Source: Lama glama
Lineage: Eukaryota
DNA length: 64,000 bases
Reading direction: 5' to 3'
Assembly (NCBI GenBank): GCA_028534125.1
Contig: CM052818.1
Coordinates: 10,108,001-10,172,000 of the forward strand
Notes under the pieces: generated by a model
What the model saw: only the letters and a program-made list of their open reading frames with translations
What the model was told of the DNA's origin: nothing
Database searches by the model: none
Position numbers and translations under genes: made by a program
Part shown: positions 41,071 through 54,921 of the stretch, piece after piece
How positions within the stretch are numbered: the first letter of the stretch is position 1
Layout of the letters: every line of letters begins with the position of its first letter

Positions 41071-43254
41071 ATTCAAGCTGCAAATCTCTCCCTTGTGACC
41101 TACTAAATTCAGAAACAGGAATGGCAGAAAAAGTGTGCATTACAGAAGGATTTAAGAATGAAATCAAAAGCTTGTTGTGGTGCCAGTCCTAGTGGGGAAC
41201 ATGTAAGCATGTCCCACATTTCAAGGATTTCCAAGCAGGATCCTGATGACAGGCCACATTTAGGTCGCTGTCTGGAACGGTTCCTCCTTTAATCCACCCG
41301 TCTAATGGTAGAAATGAACTTAGGGACCAAGAATTGCTGGGAGACAGCTTTTAAAGTTAAAAGGGCATAAAAAAGAGCTACTCACCAAACCAAATTCATC
41401 TCAAATGTCTTAAATAGATCTCACAATCTGTTCCATTCTCTAGGCAGGATTTAAGAGAAACGCCCACTTAATTTGCATTTTGAGGCCTCATCACATCCTG
41501 TCAGAGAGAGAATCCAAGTAGCCAATAGCATGACCGGAATCCTGTTACTGGGGCTATTTAATTTTGAGTTCAAAGATGGTGAAATAGCAATGAACTAAAG
41601 GGCATGTTGGTCGAAACGGTATGCAAGTCCGGGTTGTGAGGACTATTCCACTTAATGTGCTATGTAGGCTGCACAGTCTTTTTCTGTGCAAGATGAAATC
41701 TTAGTCATTTTCCCCTTTGATCAGGGGTTCCTGGCTCTGTTGAGAGATGTACAAATTCTGCCTTACCCTTCATGAGGTCTGCCGCTCTCGGCTCTTCTGC
41801 TGCCGTTCCTTTTCTTGCCAACCATCCTTTGACTCACATTTACGTCTTTGAATGGACATGGGTTGACTTTGAATGTATCGGGGCCTGATGGGGCTGCAGT
41901 TGCTGCGTGCAGCAGCTGTTTCGAGCCTGCACGGGCAAAGTCATCCCTGAAATAGGAGCAGGCCAGCAGGAAGCCTCACAGAGCAACAGCAAATCAAACA
42001 TCCCTGTTGAGGATGGTCTGAGAGGAAGTAATTTGCCTGATATTTTTTCCTCCCTGGTGATAGTTCCCTGAATTTCCTGAAACTGTAATGCAAACAGGCA
42101 ACTTCCACTGTCCCTTCTGCTTCTCTCTCCCTGCTGATGTGTCCTGTATTCTCAGACACACCGAAAGCAAGGCCTTCAAGAGGGATGAGACGTGGAGACT
42201 ACCTTCCTTTGGGTCTGGGATGTGTGGAGAGTTGCACTCAGGCCCCTATCTCAGAGTGCCTGGTGTAACCTGTTGCCTGCTTCCCCACACGAAAGGGAAA
42301 AACCAAAATATAAATACTCCTCTTCAGAAACTCAGCCAAAGCTCAGAATGCAGGAACTCGAGTGATTTTCTTTTAAAGGGGTCCCCTTTGTATGGATTTG
42401 CCTGTAGCCACTTGGCATTATTCATGGAATTCTTTTTATTTTTCAGCTTCTTTGAGTGTACATTTTCTTTTCCCTCTGACAGGCTGATGGGCCAGGGATG
42501 GACTCCTGGCGTTTTTGGTGCAGGCTGGTGAATGGTGCTGGTCTCTGAGCCGGCAAACCAGGGTTGTATTCCTGGCTTTATCTTTGCCTTGCTCATCCAC
42601 CTGGCGTCCTCTCTCTCTAGTTGACGCCATTCAAGGCCCATTTCTTCCTCTGAAAAAGGAAGAACACACCCCGCTTCCTACCTCCTATTACCCAGCAGCA
42701 TACAATTGTCACAACAGCATGAGCCATCTGAACGCTCCGGACTCTTTTTGAAGGACGGGGGTTACTGACATCCAGTCTTGATGACTGCAGAAGTGGAGTT
42801 GTGGTCCATCTTAAGAGTGGGGTTTCCTTTGCTTTCAATTAGTGGGCCTATTTTCTTTATAAGATTATGTCACACACAAAAAAAGCTGCAGGGATTTTTG
42901 TTTGGAATCTAAAGCTATCATCGTGTTTTTTAAATGTTCAGATTTTGGAAATGATTGCATTTGCAGTGCTCGGGATGGATTTTATCACTTCAGTGCGCCT
43001 TAAGGTTGGAGGTGCCTCACTATCCCTCGCCCTGCTGAAGGGTAGCCCTGGAGGACAGCTCTGTCCCACAGGCCCTTGAGCACCTCACCAAGGGTTGCAA
43101 AGCACCACACATCTTCTGCTGCCTGGAGATTGAGGACCAGGCCATGTCCGAAATGTGACCTCTCATTGAACACCTAACCCTTCTCATTTTCAGCTGGCAG
43201 ATTGCCCAGAGCTTGGTAAACAGCAAAATGTAGGTTAAAGTAGAAATAATAATA

Positions 43255-43460
43255 TTGGCTAGTGTTTATTGAGAATTTACAAGGTGATAAGTACAACAAT
43301 AAGAGTTTTCTATGCATGTCCTTATTTCTTCTTCACAACCATCTTGTGGAGTAGGCACTATTATTATTCCCATTTTACTGAAGCTTACAGACACTTAAGT
43401 GACCTGTCCAACATTATACAATTGGTACTGCCACTATGATATAGCTCTTAACCTCTGTGT
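43255..43460 (-). mobile_element. MIR SINE
   Basis: gtttattgagaatttac...cttcacaaccatcttgtggagtaggcactattattattcccattttac. Confidence 0.65.
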
Positions 43461-43754
43461 ACTGACCTCCAGGATCTATCTCATTCTACAGTTTTGTCAC
43501 CATATGTAATGTCAAAGTTGGGAGTATCATATTAAAAAAAAGTGACAACAGTGCTAATGAAAGTGATTAGGAAGTATACTCAAAGTGGCTTTGCCTACTG
43601 TGTTCTGGTCCTGTTAAATACTGAACCAGGCCAGTGTCACTATGTCCCATGGGGCTTGCATTTTTGTCCGTCCTTGGAGCTGAGAGGACTAGGTTGATTC
43701 TGTGAGGCATAGCTGAGGAATTCACTCGTGTGTCTTCTCCATCTCCAGTAAGGC

Positions 43755-45000
43755 TCATTCATTTGTTCAATCAACAAATATTTATTAGGTTCCTGCTATA
43801 TACAACCTACAGAGTTAAGTGCTGGGGAAGGGATGCAAAGAGGTAAAAGACACAGTCATTGCCTGTCAGAAATGGCCACCAGTGGAGAATTAAATTAATT
43901 AGAATCCTACTAAATAACTAGTCTTAGTTAAGCTGATGTGGTGAGAACAGTGGGCGTTTTAAAATGCTAATATATAATTCACTTTGCCAAAGCAGACAGC
44001 AGTCCCAAGCAAGGGGCTTCAGAGCTCCCCAATGAACAGGAATGCTATTCTTTATACTTTATCAGTAGGATGCACACTTAAAAGTTGTTACAAATGGTGG
44101 GGATGAGTATACATTGATGTTTCTTCATCTGGCCCAGTCTTTCTTGTGAAAGAAAAAAAATAACAGCAAATAATTTAGAAGGAGGGTATTAATAAAAACA
44201 TAGTTCTTATCCTGTGATCAAAGATAAGTGACCTATTCAGGGGATAAGTCCATGTATTTCAACCCTCTGAGCTGATTTGTAACTGATTACCTGGCTCTAA
44301 TTTAATCTGAATGGAACATGACAAGGAAATCTTTACTTCTTCTATGTGCAGGCCTATGACCTCTCTCAGAACATTGGCATAAGCTAAGTTTGTTTTTTCC
44401 ACCTACAGTGTGTTAGGTGGTGTTCTAGGCACTGTGGGCAACTATAAAGAAGCATAAGACCCCACTCCTGTCTTCAAAAGGATTATAGTTGGTCCTAATG
44501 TCTATCATCTAGCAAGACTATAAACATATAAGCAGATAATGAGCAAGTAAAAGATGCAGTATGATTATTTCAGAGGCAAGAGACACAAGCTGTAGGAATG
44601 CAAAAGAAGATAGTTTCTTTGGGACCAGCAGAGATGTTGGGCTTTTAGTTGGTCATCAAAGGCAGTTTAGAATTTAGCTGATAAAGAGACAGGATGAGGG
44701 CAAACCAGTTCAAGGCAGTCCTGGGGTGCTCGGAGGGCAATGACTAGACCAGTAAGGCAGGAAGAGAGGGGCTGTCCAAGAAAATCGTGTAAGGTAAGGT
44801 TGGAAACTAATTTGAAACCACATAATGGAGGGCCTTTCATGATAGGCTTAAGGAGCTTGTATTATAGTCAATAAATAGTTTTTCAAAATCATGTGCACAG
44901 AAAAGTTTTAGGAAGAGTGTGGCATGGTATAGAACGGATTGGAGAGGAACTCAAAAAAGACCAAGAGACCAGTAGGAAGTGATCCTTGAAAGTGTTGGCA
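43755..45000 (-). mobile_element. Diverged L2 fragments (43755-43870 and about 44400-45000)
   Basis: cattcatttgttcaatcaacaaatatttatt tail, plus ctaggcactgtgggc...ataagacccc and later purine-rich L2-like sequence. Confidence 0.45.
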
Positions 45001-46600
45001 ATTTCCTAGAGGAACGGCTCTGCTTTGAGTATAGTTTTTGGGTCAAACTATGTAGTCATCCTCATCATATTCACGCAGACAACAGCCCCATTTTTCAATG
45101 GTATATGTAAATTCCCCATTTGCCCTAGTCTAGAGCCATTCCAGACTGCCTGTGGAAGCCCACAATAGTTCTTCCTTATGTGTTGACTGTTGCCAGAAGC
45201 CCACCCAATGAAGAGCCTGCAGATAAAGACCTTGAGGCCCAAGCAGGTCGGTTAGTCCCTAGAGATGGATGGTGTTTACAATACAAAGGGAAAACATCAT
45301 GTCTCATGAAGCATTTAACACTTAACAACCAAGTCTCAAGCACAGTGATAAACTGGAACTGAACTGGAAAAAGAACAGAAAGCTACAAGAGTTTTCTTAG
45401 TTCAGTGGCTTCAAGGACTTTCCTTTTCTGGGGGAAAGATTTATAAATTGTTTTATTCTCTTGACTGCTTGTAAAAGTTATATTGTGTTGCTTTTTCCTT
45501 TGCAGCATGCTTGTTGATACATGCTATGTCCTGTAATAATATGATTTTGTTGTCATTTGGCCACAACATTAGATGAATTTCATAATGAAGTCGCATGAGC
45601 TGAAAGTAAGCAAGCATATTTACACGGAATCAGAGAATGTTCTCTGCATAAAGTAAGGCTGAGTCGGCTGGGGCTTTCCTCTCTTGGAGTTTACATTTCA
45701 AAAACAGAGACCTTTGTTTTTTTGTATTGCAGTCATATCATCTGCTCTCCTTCCATGCCTCACGTCCCCTGCCTATCATTCTGTTCCTCCTGGAAGCAGG
45801 ACTGGTCCACGACTCTCCAGTGTCATAAATCAGGACATCTAAGATATACAAAGAATAATTTTTGACACGGGGTTGCAAATTCTCCCTTTCACCATCGAAT
45901 TTCTCCCGGAGCCCCCTCCCCACTCCTGGGCCCTGTCCACAGCCACAAGCTGCAGCACTGGCCCCACTCCTCAGGAGGATTGTCGAGGTTATAAATACAT
46001 GCTAAGGAAAAGTGAATGGCTGGGAGCTTCCCAAGGGGTTCAACATACATGGAAACATGCCCCTGAGGTGTGAAAACATTTTGATATTGCCAGTATGGCC
46101 TGTATCTCCCTTCCGACTGAAACAGAATAAAGTATCACTGAAAAAGTTAAGTGTTACCTCCAGACCTGGATGGGAAACAGGGAGGAAAGCAAGTCCTCTG
46201 TGAGAGGCAATCTGTGGAGCAGAGAACAAAGCTCCCTTCTCCAGCTAGGTACCCCCCTTCCACGTCAGCACAGGGCTCAATCACACTGCAGCAAAAGGAT
46301 AATCATGGAAAATCATGTACACTTGGTTAGGAAACCCAAGTGTCCATACAATAGTAGTTAATGTAATAGTTTGCATATAATCACACTTTCCATTTTCCCT
46401 GCCAGTCAGAATTACGTTGTCCGTACAGAAAGTGTGTATACATGTGCAGTTTCACCTCTAACTCCTTATGTATACACCTGTTTGTAACATACACATGTTC
46501 ATGCCCTGTGTGTGCCACCTGTACACACACGTCCAGACGGGAAAACACGCCTTGTCTGTAATGACTATGAAGATCTTAAGGACATTGTTGGGCTTTGATC

Positions 46601-46776
46601 TTTTTTTTTTAATTGAAGTATAGTCAGTTATCATGCGTCAATTTCTGGTGTGCAGCATAATGTTTCAGTCATACATATACATACATGTATTTGTTTTCAT
46701 ATTCTTTTTCATTATAGGCTACTACAAAATATTGAATATAGTTCCCTGTGTTATACAGAAGAAACTTATATATCTA
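46601..46776 (-). mobile_element. Short L1 3'-end-derived retroposon with target-site duplication
   Basis: Poly-T head then aattgaagtatagtc...aatatagttccctgtgttatacag. Flanked by a direct repeat gggctttgat at 46590-46599 and 46777-46786. Confidence 0.8.
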
Positions 46777-47751
46777 GGGCTTTGATTTTTGATATTCATC
46801 ATCCCCTGGTTTCTAGAGTCTTCTCTTCAGAAATTGTATTCACTCTGGGCTCCCACCCTTCTTCTCCAGGAGTTAAAGGTCAAGATGACAAACCTGGGCT
46901 AGAGAAGCTTAGTTTATCCTTTCCTGGCTGAAGGAGTCATTGTGTCTACAAAACAGATGTGGGATGGGCAGGAGTGGAGTAAACCTATCCCCTCTCCTAC
47001 TGGAAATCACATTTAATTCTGACCCAAGGGGCCTCCTTGTTGCAAATGGAGAGGTAATTAAGCCTCCAGACTCTGAGACTTTTGGGGTGAGAGGGCTTAG
47101 TTTTTCATACATACATCCAGTATATTTTTGAAGAGCAGAGGGTGGGGGGTCAGAAAGGCTTAGGAAGCCTTAAAGAGAATGGAAACAAGATGACAGGTGT
47201 TGGGCATGTTGCTGTGAGATGGTATGGATACATAGAACACATCTTTGAAAATTCATTCCTGTTTTAAAAAGCTCCAAGAATGCTACCAGCATTCTCGATG
47301 GTGTGACAGAGGAAGAGGGAACTACCTTGTGTGGCAAGTGCTCAGGGGAAGGAGTGGGGGCAGGAGTGTCACTCCTGCTATCATGATTGTTTAAAAAAAT
47401 CATTATTGAAGTGGAAAGCTTTCACCTGCAGAGACCAGAAGTGAGAACTCGAAGGACAGGAGCCCTCCGCTGGTAACCACACTTGGTTGTTAACCAACAC
47501 AGCCAAGGACTGAGCCCAGTGACCTAGAGGGAAATGGCTGAGGTAACCAATCCCCAGGAGTGGTCCCCCCGAGGAGAGTCGGTCCCATTTCAGCCCCTGC
47601 CAGCGAGGAACATTCCACTTGCTGCTGCTCTGTGTTGACTCAGACCATCCCTCCTGGGTGTGTGGTGGCAGTAGAGCTTGGAAAATCTGAAACAAGCGAG
47701 AGGACTTAAGATTTCCATTTAGGAATGTCGACACCTTCAAGGGACACAGAG

Positions 47752-47754
<3 letters not shown>

Positions 47755-47782
<28 letters not shown>
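47755..47782 (+). repeat. (GT)14 microsatellite
   Basis: Read directly. Confidence 0.95.
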
Positions 47783-50700
47783 TGGGCTTGTACCGAGGGT
47801 GGGGGTCACTCCCTCACTCCCCCTAGCCATGTTAGCACTGGTAAAGTGGAAGCTGCCCTTGTATACTGCACACCCTTCCCTTTCACCACCCACTTTAGGA
47901 AGCAAGCTGAGAGAACTCTCTAGCATGGGCACCCTTGGTTTTTTTTTTTTTTTTTTTGATGGGCCAAGCTTACAGTTTTCAAAGTGCTATGACAGGATGG
48001 TTGCAAAAATAAAAAGCTAGTGAAAGCTTAGTCACAATATTTCTATAGCTGGCAATCAAAAGATCATATTGCATGCAACTGGCAAAATCATCATAGAGAA
48101 ATTATGCATTTTCCAGAATACCTTATTCCCTTCTGTGTATTAAACATTACTTTAATATTCTGGTGACAATGTTTTATAATTAATCTAAATGTAAGGGAAT
48201 GAACACACCAGAGATTATGTCTCAGTGCAAAGAGGTGAAAAAGGCTTTTTTGCAGTGGCAGACCGGATTACTGACTCAACTCCTTCCACTTAAGAGCAGC
48301 ACGAATACCACTAAAGCTAATACCCTGCCCCATCCTCCAGTGAGTGCAAACATTTGGGGAGTACACTTTGGGGAGCAAAACCCTTTTTACTCATAAGGGT
48401 GTTAATGTTAACACAGAAGAAAAGCATCTTAAAAATTGCATTAGTTCATAGACTTATATTGAACTCATGAGGGGGAATCTAGCCCCAGAGAGATAAAAAC
48501 TAAAGAGCTGAGCCATAAACCAGTATGATAACATCCTTATTATAAGATGCAAATTGAGGGACCCAATTCACTAAAACACATGTTACTGGTATTTAATTTT
48601 GCTTGTGGGAATATATCAGAAGTTGGCCTATGCCTTTTGCACAATGTACTTAAAAGGAGGGTGAGTAACTTTAGCTATAAAAAAAAAGTGATAAAGAAGC
48701 ACAGGGCTAGCAAGGATGGAGAGATAATTGCAAGGATCTAATTTAAGGGTCAGTGTATACAGCTTTCTTTCCTGGCTTGGGTTTAAAGGCACAACACTGG
48801 CATGGGAAGGCAAGTGGGGCTGTGCTCCTAGGTGGGGAGCCTGGGTCCTGCAGCAGGGCAGCTGAAAGGGCCAACTAAGCTGGTTGGTGTTGGGTGGGGG
48901 TGCTGCTGTGGGTGGGGGCCAGAAGAGCCAGGTCCACGCCCAGTGGTCATCGCAGGAACTTCACTTGAACTAGTATGATGTGAGCCTGTGGTTTGGAGCA
49001 GAGAAGATGCACTTCCCCATGAGAAAAAGGTCAGTTCCTCTTTCCTTGGGTGGCACAAACAGCCTGTACTTGGACTTCCTGCCACTCCTCCTACCCACCA
49101 AGTAGGTGAATTATGCTTCCTTCTCAGGCTGATATTGAGACGTTGTACCCCACATCTCTCCAGGTGGCCACTCCTGTGGGGCTCAACAGATGAGAAAACT
49201 GGCCCTCAGCCCTCCCCTGCTCTCACCACCTTCCTTACCTGGGGGCTCTTCAGGAAGATCTCTCTCCCCTCCAGATTCAAAGTGCTATCAGTGGATCAAA
49301 ATGCTGTCACAGAGTGTGGGCATCACTTGGGAGACTGTTAGAAACACACAACCTGCAGCCCGTCCCTAGAGTTACTGAGTCATGATCGGCATTACCTTTT
49401 GAGAAGTATGGCCAACCCCATGCTCTGATCTGTTGCACGAGCCACTCATTTTGCATCTACCATTTAGGGTTTGTATAATAAAGAAAGCGTCCTCCAAACA
49501 TTTATTTATTTTTGGGGGGTGAGGGAAGAGTCAAATCTTTGTGATTAGAGGGAAAAATGTCATAGGAAGCACAGGGACACATTGGAGGTTGTCAGAGCAT
49601 TACATACTACGTTAAATACTACCTTAGATACTGTCTAGGTTACCTTGATGTTGGCTGGGGAGGGAAAAGGCATCCAGCCTGTGGGGGCATGGAGGGTCTG
49701 TTGAGGGGATACATTTGCTCTGAAGAATGTTGTTTGAAGCCCTAGAAGAAGCTATGGACACAAGGGTGGTCTGCCTCTGCCTAGCCCTCTCCAGAAATAG
49801 GCTGCTGGCAACTTCCTTGACAGCTTAAGTTAGGGAGACAGCGACGGGAGGAAAGGGGAGGAGGGCAGGGGTGCCCAGGCCACCTTGGATGATTAAACTT
49901 GCTGGCCTCGAGGCTGGTGGGGTAAGCCTTCAGCATTTGCAGGGGCTTCTTGGACTAACTCTGCTCCTACTAACCTGCCAACGCCTGAAGTTCCTTTAAT
50001 AAGACGAAAATCCTCTCATAACACAATCAGAAGAGAAAATGCTTACACTGCAAAGACTGGGTTGAGGGAACACTTAAATGTGAATGAATGAAACAATAAC
50101 TGTCCAATCAATCTTCAAGTCTGAACAGGTGAAGAGACGGGCCTGTTTTGGTTTGGCTGGGCCGACAGACTCAACTAAACTCAACTAAAACAGAAAAGAG
50201 GGCTGGGTGCAGTAAATGAATTTTGAAGACTCCACTCTCAGCTATGAGTAGGGCCTGGTTTACCTCATATTGAGCAAGAGGAGTGGAAGCATGTAGGGAA
50301 GTTATTTCAGTCATGCAGCTACAAAGGCTGCAGCTCAACTTTGCATTATTCAATGAAGGTTTTGTTTTTTTTGTTGGTTTGTTTTTAAACCTGGGTTATT
50401 TCATACACAGGAGCTTGTCTCCTAGGGCTTTATTAATTAGAGCATTACATTTAAATATCTTATCTCTCCACCTGTCCCTGTCCCACACTTTGTGGCTTTC
50501 CCTGGAGCAAGTACCGTGCCCTCACATAATTCTCTGTAGAGGTACCCAGATGCAAGTGGCTCTTTCAAAGGGCCAATAAAACCTTTGGTGGGATAATTTC
50601 CTCTCTCAGGGTGGATTTTATTCATTTTGTTGTCACCAGGACGGCCCATGGGGATCCAGGTCTCTTCTATTTTTTAAAAGCAAAGAGAATATTTTTTCAT

Positions 50701-51454
50701 GAGACTCAAAAGTTCAGATTACCATCAGATTGACCTAAGTGCTTTCAGATGGGCAGGAGATTGAGGCAAGGGCAGGAATGGGATTGCTAATTAATGTTTT
50801 CAAGTGTATGGATTAAGATGCTCGTGTTTTTCCAATAGTTCAGATCTAGGCTATAGCGTCAGTTTCCCGTTTGGCCTTTGAGAATCCATCTCTCCAGGTG
50901 CTTCCTTTAGGAGGGAGAGCCCTAGGATCTTGACTCTGCCACGTGAGATCAGAAGGAATGATTCCTGTGTACTCGAGAGAGATGCTTAAATGATAGTGCT
51001 GAATTGTTTGGGAAGCAGCCTCAGGTTTTTGGAGGAGGCATGAGTAGTTCATGGAGGGCTTTAATTCTGTTTAAATTCCCAGTCATTTTCTTATTACTGT
51101 TACTGTCTATATTTGTGTAATTATTGGCCCACAAAACAGTTCACAAGCATTCTCTCATTTGATTCCCACAGCAGCACTGTGGTATGATACAAGCTGGACA
51201 GGTGCTGTTACTTCCATTTCACTGACTGGGAAACTGAGGCTCGGAGCAGTTTCGGAGGCTCTCGTGAGGTCACACAGCTAGTTAGAAATCAAGCCAGGGT
51301 AGACATTTTAGTACTGTGTGAAGATGGCATAAAATGAAATCTATAGACCACTGTTTCTCTGGCAAGTTCAAGTTCCCTGCTTCTTCCTCCCTCCAAGACA
51401 ATAAGTTGGTTCAGTGGCCTCTCCTGGGGCAAACTTGAGAAGTATCAGTGCTAG

Positions 51455-52200
51455 GCAGCTACCATTTGGTCCAGCAATTCTACTCCTATGCATATATCCA
51501 AAAGAATTGAAAGCAGGGACTCGCAACAGATTTCTGTACACCCATGTTCATAGCATTACAATAGCTAAAAAGTGGAAACAACCCAAGTGTTCACTACCAG
51601 ATGAGTTGATAAACAAAATGCGGTATGTACACACAATGGAATACTATTCAGGCCACAGAAAGAAATGAAATTTTGACACATATGACTATGTGGATGGAAC
51701 TTGAAAATATTATGCTTAGTGAAATAAGGCAGTCACAGAGGGACAAATGTTATGTGATTCCCCTTATATAAGGTACCACAACAGGCAAAATCATAGAGAC
51801 AGAAAGCAGAATACAAGTTACCAGGGGCTAGAGGGAGGGAAGAGGGGAGTTGTTTAATGAGTGCTGAGGTTTTTTTTTTTTTCTATTTAGGGGGTGGGTA
51901 ATGAGGTTTGTTTATTTATTTAGTTTTTAATAGAGGTACTGGGGATTGAATCCAGGACCTCATGCATGCTGAGCATGTGCTCTGCCACCAAGCTGTACCC
52001 TCCCCTCATGAGCGCAGAGTTTAGACTGGAGAGGATAAACAAATTCTGGAGATGGATGGTGGTGATGGGTACATAGCATTATGAATGCACTTAATGCTGC
52101 TGAATTATACACTTACATATGGTTAAAATGATAAATATTAAATATTCTGTTACATGTATTTTACCATAATAAAAAATGTTAAAATAAAATCAAGCAAACA
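51455..52200 (+). mobile_element. Old L1 (L1M-type) ORF2 end/3'UTR fragment, interrupted by a SINE
   Basis: ccagcaattctactcc...gaattgaaagcaggg, caatggaatactattcag, cttgaaaatattatgcttagtgaaataaggcagtcaca and an A-rich tail. The 51414 ORF carries L1 ORF2 C-terminal-like LPFGPAILLLCIYPKELK. Confidence 0.85.
51870..52005 (-). mobile_element. tRNA-derived SINE, Vic-1-like (camelid)
   Basis: Reverse complement reads ggggagggtacagcttggtggcagagcacatgctcagcatgcatgaggtcctggattcaatccccagtacctc (A/B boxes) plus an A-rich tail. Diverged TSD atgagtgctgag / atgagcgcagag. Confidence 0.8.
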
Positions 52201-53231
52201 AAACCCAGATATAATACAAAAAGAACAAACAACAAAATAAGAGACAATACCTGAGGAGACAAGGCAAGCAGAGAAAGCACAGTGTGGGAGAGACAAGGGC
52301 ATGGAAATGGAAGAGGGCAGAGGGAAGGGGAAGGGCCCGGAAGTAAGTGCTCTGCTCAGGGATCTGCAGCTGGTGGGGGCAGCTGAGGCTACTTCAGGGA
52401 AACGTCCCAGCCAGTTTCAGCCAGAAAAGGACTGACTTTCTTTTACTTATACAAGACGATGTGCCTGGACCTCGTGGTGGGATCACCTCCCTGGGGTGGG
52501 AGACGTGTCCACTTCCAGGTTATTTATGTGTTTTATCCTGAGTGTAGGATAAGCGGCTATGAAACGGACCTGATATTTATGTCCATTTTAAAGCTGATGG
52601 CTGATATGAGTGGTTTCCAGATGAACTGTGCCCTCAGAGCCATTTGCTTTGGTGGAAGAATTCTGCTGGAGGGGAGACTGGGGAAAATCATCCAGTTTTG
52701 TGCTTGCTGCTCCATCTAATTATATTCTCACCTCTGAATAATTTCTGAGAATTAAGGAAGAGCAAGAAGTGGGGCCGCTTCAAGTTATGGGGACAAACCA
52801 AAGACAGGTAAGCTGTGCCCTACTGGGGCTGGGCTCTTTACTGTTAGTTTGTACTGTTAGTTTTATCATTCTGAAAGTTTTGTGTTGCTGATACTGCTCA
52901 TTAGGAAAAGTGGAATATCTGGCTTTCAAACATGTGCTCAGCCTGGACCAGGGAAATCAGATTCTAAATTGTGCCTGGCCTGTTAATTTGTGTGATTATT
53001 CCTTGATTGTTTAGAATTCCCTGTTTTTTTGGGTTTTTTTTTTGGCTTTTAAGCCACAGATGGTATGATCACAGCCTTTGTCTGCTGAACTCCCCACCTG
53101 TCAGACCCTGAAGGTTCAAGTCTGTGGACAGAAGAGTACTGAGCTAAAACAGAGTACAGGCAAGAGTTTCCTCTGGTTGTCACTGGGGTTTAAGAACTTG
53201 AAGGCTAAGAACTGGCCTCAAAGGCAAAGGA

Positions 53232-53300
53232 GTGGTGATCATTTTGTAATGTATAAAAATATTGAATCACTATGTTTTGCACTTGGAAAAAAGAAAAAAG
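53232..53300 (+). mobile_element. Very short L1 3' tail fragment
   Basis: gtggtgatcattttgtaatgtataaaaatattgaatcactatgttttgcacttgg followed by an A-rich tail. Confidence 0.55.
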
Positions 53301-54259
53301 ATGAGGCAAAGTCAATGTATGCTTTAAAAATATATACATTATATACAACGTGTGTATATATTATATATATAACAATTCCTTTTCACATTCTTAGAGGCAC
53401 ACACACACACACAAAGCGAAGGAACTTAAGGGACCTGAAGTTACATTCTGAGACCAGGGCAAAGGACCCCACACCTTGGGGTCTTGCTGTGACCAGCTCT
53501 CAGGTGGCTATTCAGCATGAATTTGCTTGGTGATGGAGGCAGATGACTGTAATTCGTTTTTTTGCCAAGTGATTTAGTTTTCTGAGTCCTGAGTCATGGT
53601 CAAATCTTCCCTTTTTATCTTATTTATAAAAAAGTCAATTAATACAGGCTGGGCTTAACTGCAAGATAATTTAAGCAGGAGGAGAGGCTAATTCATATAA
53701 ACTACCTGATAAATCTGAGAGTTTCCTGAAAGGATTCCAAATAAATGTATTTGTCTGGGAGGAGGGCAAGGAAGTAATTGTATTATTACTAGTAATGAGA
53801 TGATCATACCTTTGAAAAATATTTTTACCTTTGTTGAGGAATTTCTCATTTGTCCCTATGCTACCCAGGTTTTGTCATCAGCCTCATTTCTCCAGTGATT
53901 AAACTGATGCCCAGAGGAGTCCAGTGGTTTGCTGGGGCCACAGAAAAAACTGCTTAGGCCAACAAGCAGGGCTTAGGACCCACCCTGCAGGCTTTTCTTG
54001 GGGTTTTCAATCTTGTCCTTTCTGGACATGCCCAGTCTGGGTTTAGACTCATGCTAGGTGCTTGGTAGGAGGCTGTTGGATGCAATGGGGTAAGTGCAGG
54101 GCAGGGAGTGTCTCTTGAAAGTACTAATGTGCTCAGGCTGGAGCTGGTCCTAACCTTGCCATGTGAGGTAATGGGAACTGAGGACGACACTTCCCTGAAA
54201 GGGAGACGTGTGAGCATCGGGCTCATGATACCGATGTGTGGGTTCTCAGTGATTCCATT

Positions 54260-54921
54260 TGTTGCCGATCCTTCTGAGTTGGGTCCCCGTAAGTGTCCTC
54301 CCGCCTGGTGTCAACAGAATGAGACAGAGTTCGGACCAAAAGCAAAGGAAAATTTTATTCTTTGATCAGAGAATGGAGAGGTGAGCTGATGCTCTAGAGC
54401 ACATGCTGTCTCGGGAAGGCCGTGGGCGGGGCTGCTCCTCAGCCGGGAGGGGCGGAGTTCTCGCGGGGCTGGCGTGCTGTGCTGCTCACGGCCCAGAGCG
54501 AGGTTTCGGGCGCAGCGTCTCTGCGCACCGTCCGCCGCCGCCATCTTGGGTTGCGATAGTGTGTGCGCCATCCAGCTGAGGTGACAGGTGCAGCTGCTTG
54601 CGCCCGGAACTCTGGTCTGAAGTGCCGGGTGTGGGGCCTCTACTCGCGATACCTATGAGCAAGTGACACAGAGGGAAAAAAGGTTAGACTTTATTTTATT
54701 AGCCAGATTCTATTTTTTATTTCCCAGGAATTGTTAATGGGCTTTGCCGTGATGGATTCCGGCTGAGAGAGCAGGTGGATTTGCGTACCACCTGCATCCT
54801 CTGGGCCACTTCTTGGCCTGGCCAGCTCCCACTCCTTGCCCCTAAAAGGGCAGCTCGCTCCCTCACCCCCGGAGTTCCAGTGCCTTCTTTGACTGTTACT
54901 GTGCTGGTCAGGACGGCAAAG
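54260..54921 (-). mobile_element. Putative CpG-rich solo LTR
   Basis: Starts tgttgccg and ends cggcaaag (imperfect inverted termini), with CCATT on both sides (54255-54259, 54922-54926). Minus-strand AATAAA at 54354-54359, GC boxes and a YY1-type CCGCCATCTTG. Confidence 0.55.

Noticed and set aside
33930..47932. Longer incidental ORFs (161 aa at 33930, 152 aa at 35565, 150 aa at 37143, 147 aa at 42088, 183 aa at 47381)
   Set aside because: No recognisable domains, low-complexity or repeat-derived translations, and no supporting exon structure.
51414..51668. 84-aa ORF with protein-like sequence
   Set aside because: It is a decayed L1 ORF2 C-terminal remnant, not a host gene.
51930..52005. 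tRNA-like sequence on the minus strand
   Set aside because: It has an A-rich tail and TSD with a degraded cloverleaf, so it is a SINE head rather than a functional tRNA.
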